The translations under genes and the position numbers were made by a program. The notes beneath the pieces are model-generated. The model searched no databases and was not told where the DNA came from. It saw nothing but the letters and a program-made list of their open reading frames with translations. DNA of 64,000 nt from an uncultured delta proteobacterium (GTDB taxonomy: Bacteria; Desulfobacterota; Binatia; Binatales; Binataceae), in NCBI GenBank assembly GCA_963711565.1, contig CAVQEQ010000004.1, forward strand, positions 32,001-96,000, read 5' to 3'. Positions 28,859 through 39,981 of the stretch are shown in pieces. The number at the start of each line of letters is the position of its first letter. Position 1 is the stretch's first letter.

Positions 28859-30013
28859 ATGCGCCCAGAACGACAGCGTGCGCTGATCGAACGATACCTT
28901 GGCTTCAGGAATGGCGAATGGACCAACGTCGCCCCCGCCAGTATGCGCAACCCGGCGAGCGCCTATGTCGATCCTGAACGTTTTGAGCGCGAGATGAAGC
29001 TGCTCTTTCGCGAGCGGCCGGTTCCCGTCGGACTCAGTTGCGAGTGCAAGGAGCCGGGCTCGTATATGACCGCGCGGCTTGGCGGCGTTCCGATCGCGAT
29101 TGTCCGCCAGTCCGACGGCACTCTGCGCGGATTTTTCAACGCCTGCCGCCATCGTGGCGCGCCGGTTCTTTCCGGCGACGGCGCGGGACTGCGCGCGATG
29201 GTTTGTCCGTATCATGCGTGGAGCTACAGACTCGACGGAACTTTGCTGGGACGACCGCAGGACTGGGGCTTCGACGACGTTGCGCAGAGCGAATGCAACT
29301 TGCGGCCGATCGCGGTCGCCGAGCAGTACGGCCTCATCTACGCTCAGCCCAGTGAGAACGCATCCATCTCGATTGATAGCTTGCTCGAAGGCATGCAGAC
29401 GGAGATCGCCGAGTACGATCTCGCCGGCTACACCCACTTCGAGACGCGCACCCGGGAATGGAACTTCAACTGGAAGCTGGTGATCGACACCTTTACAGAG
29501 AATTACCACATCCCCGCGCTGCATCGCCGCTCGATCGCGCCCTACTACGACGATCGGCATTCCATCTGGGACACCTACGGGCTGCATCAGCGCACGGTCA
29601 ACTTCCGCAGGTCGATCGACAAAGAGCTGGCAGAGAAAGCGCCGCAGGATAGACGCCTGCTGCCGCACACCACCATTGAATACTTTCTCCTACCTAACGC
29701 GCTCCTGACCCATCAGCTCGATCACGTCGAACTGTGGCGAGTCACACCCATCACTGTTGATCGCTGCCTGGTGTCAACCAGTCTCTATGCCCCGGAACCG
29801 CCGCTAACGGACAACGTGAAGCGGCATTGGAAGAAGAACCTCGACATGCTGCTACAAGTCACCGAGACGGAAGACTTTCCGATGATGCTGAACATCCAAG
29901 CGGGGCTCGCTTCAGGCGCGGTGAAGGAAGTCATCTACGGCAAAATCGAGCCTGCGCTGTCCTTCTATCATAAGTCGCTTAATCAGCTGCTCGCGCAGTC
30001 CGGAGAAGCCTGA
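28859..30013 (+). CDS. Rieske aromatic ring-hydroxylating oxygenase alpha subunit family
   Basis: CRHRG...CPYHAW Rieske motif; ENYHIPALH mononuclear Fe site. Confidence 0.93.
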   Translation: MRPERQRALIERYLGFRNGEWTNVAPASMRNPASAYVDPERFEREMKLLFRERPVPVGLSCECKEPGSYMTARLGGVPIAIVRQSDGTLRGFFNACRHRGAPVLSGDGAGLRAMVCPYHAWSYRLDGTLLGRPQDWGFDDVAQSECNLRPIAVAEQYGLIYAQPSENASISIDSLLEGMQTEIAEYDLAGYTHFETRTREWNFNWKLVIDTFTENYHIPALHRRSIAPYYDDRHSIWDTYGLHQRTVNFRRSIDKELAEKAPQDRRLLPHTTIEYFLLPNALLTHQLDHVELWRVTPITVDRCLVSTSLYAPEPPLTDNVKRHWKKNLDMLLQVTETEDFPMMLNIQAGLASGAVKEVIYGKIEPALSFYHKSLNQLLAQSGEA

Positions 30014-30016
30014 ACG

Positions 30017-30808
30017 ATGGACCTCGGACTCAAGCACAAGTCGGTAATCGTCACGGGCGGCGCATCGCATATCGGGCAGGCAATCGTATTTGCGTTTGCC
30101 GGCGAAGGTGCGCGCCTCGCGATCATCGACAAGGATACTGCCCAGGCTGAGCGAACGGCCACCGAAGCGAAGCAGCGCGGAGCTCCTCATGTGACCGTCG
30201 TGAGTGCTGATCTCACGAGTCACAGCGCAGCCGACGAAGCTTGTCAGCATGCGATGCAGCAGCTCGGCGGAATCGATGTACTGGCGGCGAACGTCGGCGC
30301 CAACTGGCCCAAGTTCTTCCTCGAAACGCCGCCCGATAGCTGGGACCAATTACTGCATCTGAATCTCAGTGCGGCGATGTCCTGCGTGCGTGCGGTGCTG
30401 CCGCGGATGATCGAGCAGCGGCGCGGGTCGATCGTCGCGACCGCATCTACCGCCGCGTTTGGAGAGCCGCGGCAGAGCGTTTACGCCGCCGCCAAAGCGG
30501 GTGTCGTCGCTTTCATGAAGACCATTGCGCTGGAATACGGCCGCTACGGCGTCCGCGCGAACCTGGTGGCGCCGGGTCTCGTCCTTCCCGATGAAGAAGA
30601 AGAGCTGGGAACTGAATCGATCTGGCGCGATCGCAACTCGATCATGAATGATGCGCAGACTGAGTACGTCGTCAGAAACACGCCTCTGCGCCGCCTGTCG
30701 AGACCCCAGGACATTGCCAACTCGGTCCTGTTCCTTGCGTCGGACGAAACCGGACGCCAATTGACCGGACAGATGCTCACCGTTTCGGGCGGCTTCGCGA
30801 TGCGATGA
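30017..30808 (+). CDS. SDR oxidoreductase
   Basis: TGGASHIG, YAAAK. Confidence 0.92.
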   Translation: MDLGLKHKSVIVTGGASHIGQAIVFAFAGEGARLAIIDKDTAQAERTATEAKQRGAPHVTVVSADLTSHSAADEACQHAMQQLGGIDVLAANVGANWPKFFLETPPDSWDQLLHLNLSAAMSCVRAVLPRMIEQRRGSIVATASTAAFGEPRQSVYAAAKAGVVAFMKTIALEYGRYGVRANLVAPGLVLPDEEEELGTESIWRDRNSIMNDAQTEYVVRNTPLRRLSRPQDIANSVLFLASDETGRQLTGQMLTVSGGFAMR

Positions 30809-30842
30809 TTAGGGGCCGCGCGACCATCCAGGAGAATTTTCG

Positions 30843-31988
30843 ATGCACCTTGGACTGGGCTTAACTTTTCAGAACCTGATCAAGGGACAGACCGACGCCG
30901 AGGTCTATCGCAATGAGCTCGCGCTTGCGGCTCGCGCGGAAGACGACGGATTCGATTCGCTCTGGACGCCCGAGCATCATTTCACCGATTACATGCTCAC
31001 CCCGATCGTCTCTCAGTTCCTGTCATGGGTGGCAGGCCGTACGAAGCGCATCAAACTCGGCACGATGGTTACGGTGCTCCCCTGGTGGGAACCGATTCGA
31101 GTCGCGGAAAGCTTCACGCTCCTCGATCATCTGTCCGAGGGCCGGGCGATACTCGGCCTGGGCCGCGGTCTCGGACGCGTGGAGTTCGATGCTTTTCGTC
31201 TGAATATGAATGAATCACGGCGCCGCTTTACCGAGTACGCCGACGCAATACTCCAGGGTCTGGAAACGGGTTACATGGAGTACGACGGCGAGTTGTACAA
31301 GCAGCCGCGCGTTAAGATTCGACCGCAGCCATACGCCAGCTTCAAGAATCGTACCTTCGCCTCCGCCATTTCGCCCTACTCGATCGATCTCATGGCTCGC
31401 ATGGGTGTGGGCCTAATGGTCATTGCGCAGAAGCCGTGGGAGACAGTCAAGACAGAGCTCGACGGATACCGCAATCACTTTCGTGAGCTAAACGGCCTGG
31501 AGGCTCCGAAACCGGTCATGAACGTGTTTGTCGCGGTGCATGAAAATCCGGCCGAGGCGCAGCGGATGCGCGAAATCTATCTGCAACGTTATGCGCGCTC
31601 GACGGTCAACCATTACGAATTCGACAATGTCTCATTCGCCAAGATCGAGGGCTATGAATACTATGCCGGGATCGCGAAGAATATCGCCAAACACGGGCTC
31701 GACAAGTTCAACGGGTTTCTAGCCGATCTTCAGATCTGGGGTACTCCCGAACAGGTAGTCGAGAAGCTACGCAAGTATGTGAGCTATCTCGATGTCGGCG
31801 CGTTGCTGACGACTCTCTGCTACGGCGGAATGCCTCCGGAAGTCGCGCGAGCAAACTATGATCTGTTCGTGCGTAAGGTACTGCCTGAACTCAAGGCCGA
31901 CAACGTCGGCGGCGATATCGGAGTACGCTACTCATCGGCTCGAGATAGTACGTTGCTCACGACCGCGAGCACGCAGGGCACGGTGTGA
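30843..31988 (+). CDS. LLM-class flavin-dependent oxidoreductase
   Basis: GFDSLWTPEHHF, LDHLSEGRAILGLGRG. Confidence 0.92.
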   Translation: MHLGLGLTFQNLIKGQTDAEVYRNELALAARAEDDGFDSLWTPEHHFTDYMLTPIVSQFLSWVAGRTKRIKLGTMVTVLPWWEPIRVAESFTLLDHLSEGRAILGLGRGLGRVEFDAFRLNMNESRRRFTEYADAILQGLETGYMEYDGELYKQPRVKIRPQPYASFKNRTFASAISPYSIDLMARMGVGLMVIAQKPWETVKTELDGYRNHFRELNGLEAPKPVMNVFVAVHENPAEAQRMREIYLQRYARSTVNHYEFDNVSFAKIEGYEYYAGIAKNIAKHGLDKFNGFLADLQIWGTPEQVVEKLRKYVSYLDVGALLTTLCYGGMPPEVARANYDLFVRKVLPELKADNVGGDIGVRYSSARDSTLLTTASTQGTV

Positions 31989-32006
31989 GCCAGTTCTGGA
32001 GGGAAG

Positions 32007-32654
32007 ATGGCAGTAAAGTCATTGCATGCCGTTGCGCAATCGAAACGCCCGCAGATGAGCTCCAGGGGCGAGCTGAAGCGCAAGCAGATTCTCGACGCGG
32101 CCGCAAAGGTGCTGGCGCGTCGAGGCTATATAGGCACGCAATTATTCGAGATCGCCGAAGAGGCCGGCACGCAGTCGGGCAGCCTCTACTATCATTTCGA
32201 ATCTCGCGAGGAGTTGATCGAGGAAGTGCTGCAGGAGGGAGTGCGGTTGTCGTTCGCCCGCAGTCGCGCGGTGGTCGACGCGATGCCGCCGCGAAGCACG
32301 CCGCTCGAGCGGCTTTCGGCCGCGCTTCGGACCCATCTGAAGTTCCAGTTGGTGGAGAGCGACTACGCGCGGGCAGTGGCGCGATGCATCGGTCAATCTC
32401 CGCAAGACATGTGGAAAAGAGTCAACGAAAAATTTCGGATCTATGGCAGGTTCTTCGACGACCTGATCCGCGCCGCGATGAAATCCGGAGAACTCGACCC
32501 CAAGGTAGATCGCAGCGCACTTCGGATGCTGATAATCGGCGCCGCTAACTACACGCCTGAATGGTACCACCGCGAAGGATCGATGAATGCCGATCAGATC
32601 TCGAACCTGCTCGTGCGGCTTCTGGTGCAGGGAGTTGGGACCGGGAGTCGGTAA
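32007..32654 (+). CDS. TetR-family regulator
   Basis: ILDAAAKVL...GSLYYHFESREEL. Confidence 0.92.
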   Translation: MAVKSLHAVAQSKRPQMSSRGELKRKQILDAAAKVLARRGYIGTQLFEIAEEAGTQSGSLYYHFESREELIEEVLQEGVRLSFARSRAVVDAMPPRSTPLERLSAALRTHLKFQLVESDYARAVARCIGQSPQDMWKRVNEKFRIYGRFFDDLIRAAMKSGELDPKVDRSALRMLIIGAANYTPEWYHREGSMNADQISNLLVRLLVQGVGTGSR

Positions 32655-32817
32655 CGCCGCAGCGATGGACATCCTTAACGCTGAGACCGACCGCGGCGCG
32701 TACATGCCTCGCAATTCGGAGCGCTCGAGCACCTTGTCGGTGGAATCAAGCGATTGCCGATGAGATATCGAAATCCTGCCAGCCTAAGGTCAGCGCTATA
32801 AGAAAAGGGCCGAAAAG

Positions 32818-33609
32818 ATGATCTCGTTCGAGAGCAAGGTTGCAATCGTCACCGGCGCTGGGTCCGGCGTCGGCAGAGCAGCGGCGTTGCGTCTGGCCGT
32901 TCTCGGGGCTCAGGTCATCGCGCTAGGACGCATGCGGAGCAAGGTCGACGAAACCGCGGCACAAATAAGGGAAAATGGCGGCCAAGCCCTCGCCTTAGCG
33001 CTCGATGTCGCCGAGCAGGGAGCTGGCGCTCGCGCCGTCGAGGAGACGCTTGCTACCTATGGTCGGCTGGACGTCCTGGTGAACAACGCGGCGATCGGGC
33101 GCAGCTACGAAAACGTTGCGCCGGGCAGCATGAGTCCATTGACGGAAACGACCGAAGAACTCTGGCGCGAAGTGATCGAGGTCGATCTCAACGCCGCGGC
33201 CTTCATGACCCGCGCGGCCCTCCCAGCCCTGATTGCCTCCGGCACAGGTGCGATAGTCAATGTGTCGAGCGTGTTTGGAATTCGTGGCAGCGATAGAGAT
33301 CACGCTTACAGCGCCGCAAAGGCTGGGCTGACCAACCTTACACGATCCTTAGCGGTGACTTACGGCAAGCACAACGTTCGCGCGAACTGCGTCGCGCCGG
33401 GGCTCATCGACACGGAGATGGCCGCCGATATCGTGGGTACCGGGTTTCTGAAGGACCCCAAGCGCCGCTTCATGGCTTCGCCGCTTGGTCGCGCAGCCGA
33501 ACCCGACGAGATCGCCGCAGTCGTCGTGTTCCTCGCGTCAAATGATGCGTCGTTCGTGAACGGCGCTGTTGTCGTAGTAGATGGCGGCTTGTCGGCTCGC
33601 GGCTTCTAA
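32818..33609 (+). CDS. SDR oxidoreductase
   Basis: TGAGSGVG, NNAA, YSAAK. Confidence 0.93.
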   Translation: MISFESKVAIVTGAGSGVGRAAALRLAVLGAQVIALGRMRSKVDETAAQIRENGGQALALALDVAEQGAGARAVEETLATYGRLDVLVNNAAIGRSYENVAPGSMSPLTETTEELWREVIEVDLNAAAFMTRAALPALIASGTGAIVNVSSVFGIRGSDRDHAYSAAKAGLTNLTRSLAVTYGKHNVRANCVAPGLIDTEMAADIVGTGFLKDPKRRFMASPLGRAAEPDEIAAVVVFLASNDASFVNGAVVVVDGGLSARGF

Positions 33610-33678
33610 TCCGCGACCGATTCAGCCATCCACTGAACTCACAGGCCGTCCTTGAGGAACAATGCGCGCGGTTTAGGG

Positions 33679-35103
33679 TCAAGTTCCAAGGAGTCGATCG
33701 ACCAATGCCTTATACTCCGCAACTACAGGCGATTTGTAAAAACGGCTGCGAGTCAAGTACGGATCGCCGGCGTAGAACCACTCATACTGAAGCTGGCGGC
33801 TGCCGAATTGTTCCCCGATCATGTCCCATGCGAGCTTGAACAACTGCACGCGGCGTCGCGCATCGACTCCCTTGCCTTGAAAGTATTGCTCGATGAATCC
33901 GGCGATCTCCGAATTCGCGAAATCCTTCTCGGTCGGTGTCATGATTAACCCGCTGCCGGCAACCTGACGGATTACCTCGGCCGCGCGCATTTGCGATTGC
34001 GGGCAGAACACCCACAGGGCAGCAGCTAGCGTACGCACCGCGCGCCGCTCCCTGCGCGCGGCCGCAACTTCGCTCACTGCGGCCCGCACCAGTCCGGTGA
34101 GTATCTCGACATTGGCGACGAGTTCTCCGAGCTGCGCCTGGACGTGGACCGCCTCGGAACGGCCGACCGCCTCAGCGAGGTAGCATGCGAGTCCGGTCAG
34201 AAACTTGAGCTTCACCATCCCGCGGATGATGCACTGCAGGAGTGCATAGCCCGGCACCTTGGAAATGAAATCGTTCGACGCCCCTATGTCTCCGTCGATG
34301 AAAACCCGCTCCCACGGCACGCAAACATCGTCAAAGAGTGCGAGCGCGTCCTCTTCATCGAAGCGGCCTGACAGCGGCCGATCGAAGCGGCTGCGCCCCT
34401 TGTCGTAGGACTCCCGGCAGATGAACTTGAGACCGGGAGTATTCATCGGGATGGCGAAGCATAGCGCGTATGCTTCATCACCGACCCCGCGCGGATAGAA
34501 CGGGCCCACGAACAACTCGTTGGCGAACGGTGCCAGGGTCAACAACATGCGTGCCCCTCGCACGATCAACCCGCGATCGGTCTCGCGCACGCGATGCAGC
34601 GCCAGCGCCGGATCGATCTGCCCGGCAGGCCCTTTCGAGCGATCGATCTGTGGGTTGACGAGGGTGTGGGTGAGACACCAATCGTTCTCGCGGCAATCCA
34701 GATAATAACGCGCCAGGTTGTCGGTATAGCGGCGGCCGTGCCGACTGGGAGTTTCCATGAATGCTGCCGCGTCGGTGACCAACGCGTTCATGAAGTCCGG
34801 CATGCGACCCATTAGCCCAAAGGTCATCTCGCAACGGATTTCTTCAGCGTGTCAACGCCGCTCCACCTCCTCATCCGTCTCGCCCACTAGAAATGACATC
34901 GCGACTGGATCACCGGTTGTCGGGGAGCGGTAGGTGAGCTCGTTGGGCCGCTCTTTCTGTACGTCATAAAGCGATGCAAGGGTCTCAATTATCCCCTCGA
35001 AGGGGCGGTAACTGGTGACGTCATCCACCCGCTGTCCGTCAACGTAGATGGTTCGTCCATCGCGGATGCTTTCGCGAAATTCACTTCCCGACCGGATTCC
35101 CAT
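33679..35103 (-). pseudogene. 4-hydroxyphenylacetate 3-hydroxylase-family protein with in-frame TGA
   Basis: MGIRSGSEFRESIRDGR start; TGA at 34852-54, same frame continues GRMPDF, RFDEEDA, FGSRQLQYE. Confidence 0.85.
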
Positions 35104-35134
35104 TGGATTGTTCCTCTGTCCTGGCTCGCAATAA

Positions 35135-36277
35135 TCAGTGACCGGTTGCCTTTGTCGCCAATGCTGCTGGATTCTCCGGGGCACGATCCCCGCGCCACGC
35201 GATATGTAAATCGGGCCGCAGAAGCAGCACCGAACAGCCGTAAACCTGGCGAACCTCAGGCTCATCGAGGCGTAATAGTTTGAATGGCGCTCCGAGCGCG
35301 TGAAATGCCCGCTCCAGCCCATCCGTCTCGCAGTCTCCACGCAGGTCGAGCAGCGTATAGTCGTCGCCGAGCAAGTCCTGGATGGCGCGGCCATCCTTGA
35401 GCCACATATGCGGGATCCGCACGCCCGGGCGAGTGTGCGGCGTGTAAACGCAGGTATCCCATTGCTCGACGCCAGTGGACTCAGTGGCGATAAGCGGCGA
35501 CCCAGCATAGCTATAGCCGAACTCGACGCCACGCATGTCGTGCATGCGTCGGTGGTTGATGTTGGCAGAGGCAGCAATTTCCGCGCGTAACGCGGCGCCC
35601 GCGGGCGTATCGTCGCGAACATTCGGCGTGATCAGTCGGCGCCAGATGGGTACACCCGCAGCTGCCCATCCGGCCGCGTCGCGATTGCGAAGTCCGATAG
35701 GACGTCGCTCTTGTTCGTAGGCGTCAAGAAGCGCCGACCCGCCCCATCCTTGGATGACCCCGGTCAGCTTCCATGACAGATCGAAGGCGTCGCCGACGCC
35801 AGTATTCATTCCCAGGCCACCGGTTGGGATGACGAGATGGACCGCGTCACCGGCTATAAACACGCGACCGTCGCGATAGCGCTCGGCGACCAGCAGATGC
35901 TGACGCCATGGCACGACGATACGAATTTCAATTTCACAGGGAAACCCGATGAGATCACGAAGGACCGGCTCGAAATCGGTATCCGCGGGCAAACTGGTAT
36001 GAAAGGTGAACTCGGTGCGGCAGCCTTGTACCACGATCGTCGAGCCATTCGGATGCGCGAAGTTGTAGTGGCGTCCTTTTCCGATCGGAATCCGTTCGAA
36101 GAGGTCTTTTGATCCAAAAATGACTTGGCAGACATCCTGTATACCGCCGCGCCCTTCGAGTTGGATGCCGAGTTTCTTGCGGACTGTGCTTGAGCCTCCA
36201 TCGCATCCGACCAGATAGCCCGCGCGCAGCGTCTGCTCCGATCTGTCGAATACGCGCATAGCGAGCTGATGGGGCAT
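35135..36277 (-). pseudogene. FAD-dependent monooxygenase, N-terminally truncated
   Basis: YLVGCDGGSS, GDAVH, GGLGMNTG, LRPD present; N-terminal GxGxxG absent. Confidence 0.8.
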
Positions 36278-36282
36278 CTGGC

Positions 36283-36729
36283 ATGAGGCCGGCAGTACCT
36301 GTGGTATTCCAGACGATGGCGAAGGACCTGGTGGAGCGTGTCATTCCCGCGATAAGCCCGGCCTATCATCAGGGAACCATCGGCATGATCGCCAACATGC
36401 TTTCGATCACCGGCGAAGAATGGGACCGTGGTGCCAGCCGGCGGATCGAGGAGAACGGCCGTCTTCGCGAGATTTTCCGCGACGGCGCCAAGGTCTCGAA
36501 AAACGCGGCGCTGAACACACGTCTGATAAGACTGGCAGAGAGCACGGACAGCGACTTTCGAATCTCTGCGCTTGAGAGCGACAATTGCACGCTGCGCGCT
36601 ACACTGATCGAACTGCACGCACAGATCGAAAAGCAGTCCGGACCAGAGGCTCGCAGGCTCGAGGAGATCATATGGAGAGAACTGGCTCGCTCAACCGAAC
36701 GCCGGCGCCTTTCGACCGCGCCGTTCTAA
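36283..36729 (+). CDS. Hypothetical helical protein
   Basis: 148-aa ORF co-oriented with the next gene. Confidence 0.65.
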   Translation: MRPAVPVVFQTMAKDLVERVIPAISPAYHQGTIGMIANMLSITGEEWDRGASRRIEENGRLREIFRDGAKVSKNAALNTRLIRLAESTDSDFRISALESDNCTLRATLIELHAQIEKQSGPEARRLEEIIWRELARSTERRRLSTAPF

Positions 36730-36804
36730 CTCTTCCCAACGATCTAAGGCGTCGTGGGTGATTCAAACTTGCATAGGAAGAGCCCCGGCTCTTAAGGAAG
36801 TACC

Positions 36805-37932
36805 ATGCTGAACAAGCTCGACGATTTTCCGGTCCATCAGACACCGGAACCGCTGGCGCATCCTGCGACGAGCGACCGCAATGCCTACGATCGAACCTGG
36901 TTCAACGGATACGCGCAGGACGGTTCCTATTATTTCGGCATTGGAATGGCGGTCTATCCGCATCGCGGGGTGCTGGATTGCGCTTTCAGCGTGGTGAGAC
37001 CTAATGCGCGGCAACACTGTTTTTTCGCGTCGCGGCGGGCGCCGATCGAACGCACCGAGATGAAGGTCGGCCCCTTTCGCATGGAGGTGGTCGAGCCGAT
37101 GCGTCGGACCCGGGTTGTGCTGGACGACAATGCCAGCGGCCTGTCGTGCGACATTACATTTTCGGCTCGCACCGCGTCGATCAAGGAAGGACGCCAGGTA
37201 TTGTGGTCCGGCGCGCGGCGAATAATGGATGCGACGCGATTCGATCAATTCGGCCGCTGGAGCGGTCGCATTCGTCATCCCGACGGCGAGATCGTGGTGA
37301 GCGATCATATTTGCCGCGGCACCAAAGATCGATCCTGGGGCGTGCGCAACGTGGGCGAGCGCGAGATCGGCGGTGCTCCAACTCAACCGGCAGGCGCATT
37401 CTTTCTGTGGGCTCCGCTCTTCTGGGATGACCACATAACCCATGCGATCTTTTTCGACGGTCCACGTGGCGAGGCTTTAATTCGCGAAGGCATCGTGGCG
37501 CCTCTCTACGCCAGTGAAGCTGAAGTGCCCGGCGTCGAGGACGGACGAGACAATCGGATGGCGACCGCGCGACATCGCATAAAGTATGTGCCGGGCACGC
37601 GGCTGGCCAAGTCGGCCGAAATAGATCTCGTCGATCTCGACGGGCACAGCCGCACGATAGCCCTGGAGCCCATTCTCAAATTCCAGATGAAAGGGCTGGG
37701 CTATTCTCATCCGCAATGGGGACAAGGGGTATGGAAAGGCGAATTGGAGATTGGTAGCGAGTCCTTCGACCCGCGTGAACTCAATATGCTGGCGCCCGAA
37801 AACATACACGTGCAGCAGGTGGTTCGTGCCAGCGATGGCAAGAGAACCGGTATTGGGGTGCTGGAGCAGGCGAGTATCGGACCTTACGCGCCGGCGGGGT
37901 TTGCCGATTTCTTCGACGGCGCGAGAGCCTAA
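36805..37932 (+). CDS. Conserved hypothetical beta-rich protein (tocopherol cyclase/AttH-like fold possible)
   Basis: LDDFPVHQ, YDRTWFNG, KDRSWGVR; RBS AAGGA. Confidence 0.75.
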   Translation: MLNKLDDFPVHQTPEPLAHPATSDRNAYDRTWFNGYAQDGSYYFGIGMAVYPHRGVLDCAFSVVRPNARQHCFFASRRAPIERTEMKVGPFRMEVVEPMRRTRVVLDDNASGLSCDITFSARTASIKEGRQVLWSGARRIMDATRFDQFGRWSGRIRHPDGEIVVSDHICRGTKDRSWGVRNVGEREIGGAPTQPAGAFFLWAPLFWDDHITHAIFFDGPRGEALIREGIVAPLYASEAEVPGVEDGRDNRMATARHRIKYVPGTRLAKSAEIDLVDLDGHSRTIALEPILKFQMKGLGYSHPQWGQGVWKGELEIGSESFDPRELNMLAPENIHVQQVVRASDGKRTGIGVLEQASIGPYAPAGFADFFDGARA

Positions 37933-38076
37933 TCGGCATCGGCTTCGAAGCGGGCTTTAGTCTCTCTTCGCGACAACTATGACCCTGGTGTGCACGGCGG
38001 CGTGCGCCGACTGGAACGCCAGCGAGAGGCCCACGATCAATCCGGCTATGATCGCCATCCGCATATTTTTTCTCGA

Positions 38077-38490
38077 CTAGCTCTGAGGAACTGAAGGGTC
38101 AACTTGCAGTTCGTTGGTAACACTTCGTACGCCGCTGGCGTCCTTCGCGATCGCTACAGCACGCGATGCGACGTTCGAGTCGTGGACGCGGCCTTCCAGC
38201 GTCACGACACCGGCGGTCGTGGTGACGTGAATCTGGCCGGATCTCATGTCTGGGGCTACAGCCAGATTTGTTTTCACCGCCGCTGTGATAGTCGTGTCAT
38301 CCACCGCGGTAACCGCACCCTGATACGCATTCTGCGCCGCGCTTTCCGTGTTTTCGCCGGCCTGATGCGTCGAAGTGCTGGCGGGAACGCCGGAACCTGC
38401 GCTCGTCTCCTGTGCGACAGCTGGAATTGCCAGTCCAAATCCAAGAACCATCGCCGGTACTATAGCCAATATCTTGTTCTTCCTACTCAT
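38077..38490 (-). CDS. BON-domain periplasmic protein (OsmY-like)
   Basis: Signal peptide, then DDTTITAAVK...IHVTTTAGVVTLEG...GVRSVTNEL. Confidence 0.88.
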   Translation of the reverse strand: MSRKNKILAIVPAMVLGFGLAIPAVAQETSAGSGVPASTSTHQAGENTESAAQNAYQGAVTAVDDTTITAAVKTNLAVAPDMRSGQIHVTTTAGVVTLEGRVHDSNVASRAVAIAKDASGVRSVTNELQVDPSVPQS

Positions 38491-38557
38491 AGTCCTAATC
38501 TCCTCGTTAAGTGTCGGTGGGATCGAAATTCCAGACAATTGCTTGGCAGGGTCTTCG

Positions 38558-38629
38558 TCAAATCACGCCGAGCAGCATGAGCACGATAACGACTACAACA
38601 ATGCCGCCTAGTGAAATAGGTAGATACAT
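38558..38629 (-). CDS. 23-aa single-pass membrane microprotein
   Basis: AGGAG RBS 6 nt before ATG; MYLPISLGGIVVVVIVLMLLGVI*. Confidence 0.6.
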   Translation of the reverse strand: MYLPISLGGIVVVVIVLMLLGVI

Positions 38630-39981
38630 GTCCAACTCCTCAGGCCTTGCTTGCAGGAATTATGGATGGTCTAGCGGAAGGCGGTCAAAGGCGAGAGGAA
38701 GAACCGCCGTTTGGGCTGGATCACATCGGGCTCGATACTTATGTCGATCCCTACTTGCTAAGGCTTACATGGCCGACTATGCAAAAGCCATCCAAAGGCC
38801 GTAGTGTTCGTTCTATAGAGAACTCTCATCTGCGATTCCATTGCTAGTACTGATCCGTTCTTCGCTCTGTGGATAAGCGTTGACGCGAACGTTCTGAATC
38901 GTTCTTCTCGGAACGCAGGGTGGATAGCGACAATAGCGCGTGACGACTAGACCATGATCGTCGGCTCTCATCCCCCTGCGAGCCGAAGGCACGCTTGGTC
39001 CACATGCCTTCATGGTGAAGCCAACGCGTGCCTTTTGTTCGAGAGATTTGGTCGCCGAAGTCTGCGCTGCTCGAAAGAGTCACAATTTCGGATTCGAAGT
39101 CGTGTTTGGTTACCTGAATAACGAAGACAGGCGACTTGAACCTGTATGCGTGGCGACTAACTGATATTGTCGATGATCCAGGAGTCTGATGACGAACATT
39201 CGCACCGGCATGGAATAAGTGACTTCGGAAATCGCACAGCTCGATCTTGAAGAACCACGCAAAGGTCGCATGGTATCCAAGATCGTCGACCTCCTGTATT
39301 TCTACAAAATCGGAGTGGGCATGCCACGAGACATCGCCACCAAAATGCGCCTCGTGATCGAGGCCTGCTGCACCTTTACAGATTTCGGCTCCTCCGACTC
39401 GGATCACTCGTTATCGAGCGTCGTTGCGAATTTCTGCGATACTGGTGAGCAAGATCCTGCTTGCGCACTTCTCGATGAGCTCGACGAGATTCACGGTTAC
39501 TCGGCGGATCAATGCCGCGAAGACGATCCCGCCGGCGACGACGCCGACGCGCTCAATGTTGTCGAGCTGATCGGCTTTGTTCTGCGCACGTTGGTAATCG
39601 TCCATGCGATGCCGAACCTGCCGTGAGTCGAGTCGCAATCGACAAGTCGCAATTGTAACCAGGTTAGCGTTTATTCCGTTCTCTAGAGCACGTAAGTCTT
39701 GGACCTTACCTTGACCTCACCGACGGGTACGCTCAGACTTGAATAGTCAGGACCGACATATGAATCGGGTCCGACTTTGATCCGGTCTGACTGTGGGCCT
39801 TTCTCTCGCCTTCTACCACTCTCCGCCAGACCAACTTAAAGCGCAGAAAGGAAGGCCCGTAGGGGCTCGCATGAGTTCGCTTCATTTCCGTCGCAAGCGG
39901 AACTTGGTCGGCACTATCGCGAGAGCTGAAGGTCACGATCGAACAACTCCACGAAATGCCTGGTGCCACTCCAGTACCCAA

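Noticed and set aside
34852-34854. In-frame TGA as selenocysteine
   Set aside because: Not a recognisable Cys position in this family and no clear SECIS; CGA-to-TGA is simpler.
38844-39638. Overlapping ORFs on both strands
   Set aside because: No recognisable motif in any frame; could not decide which, if any, is real.
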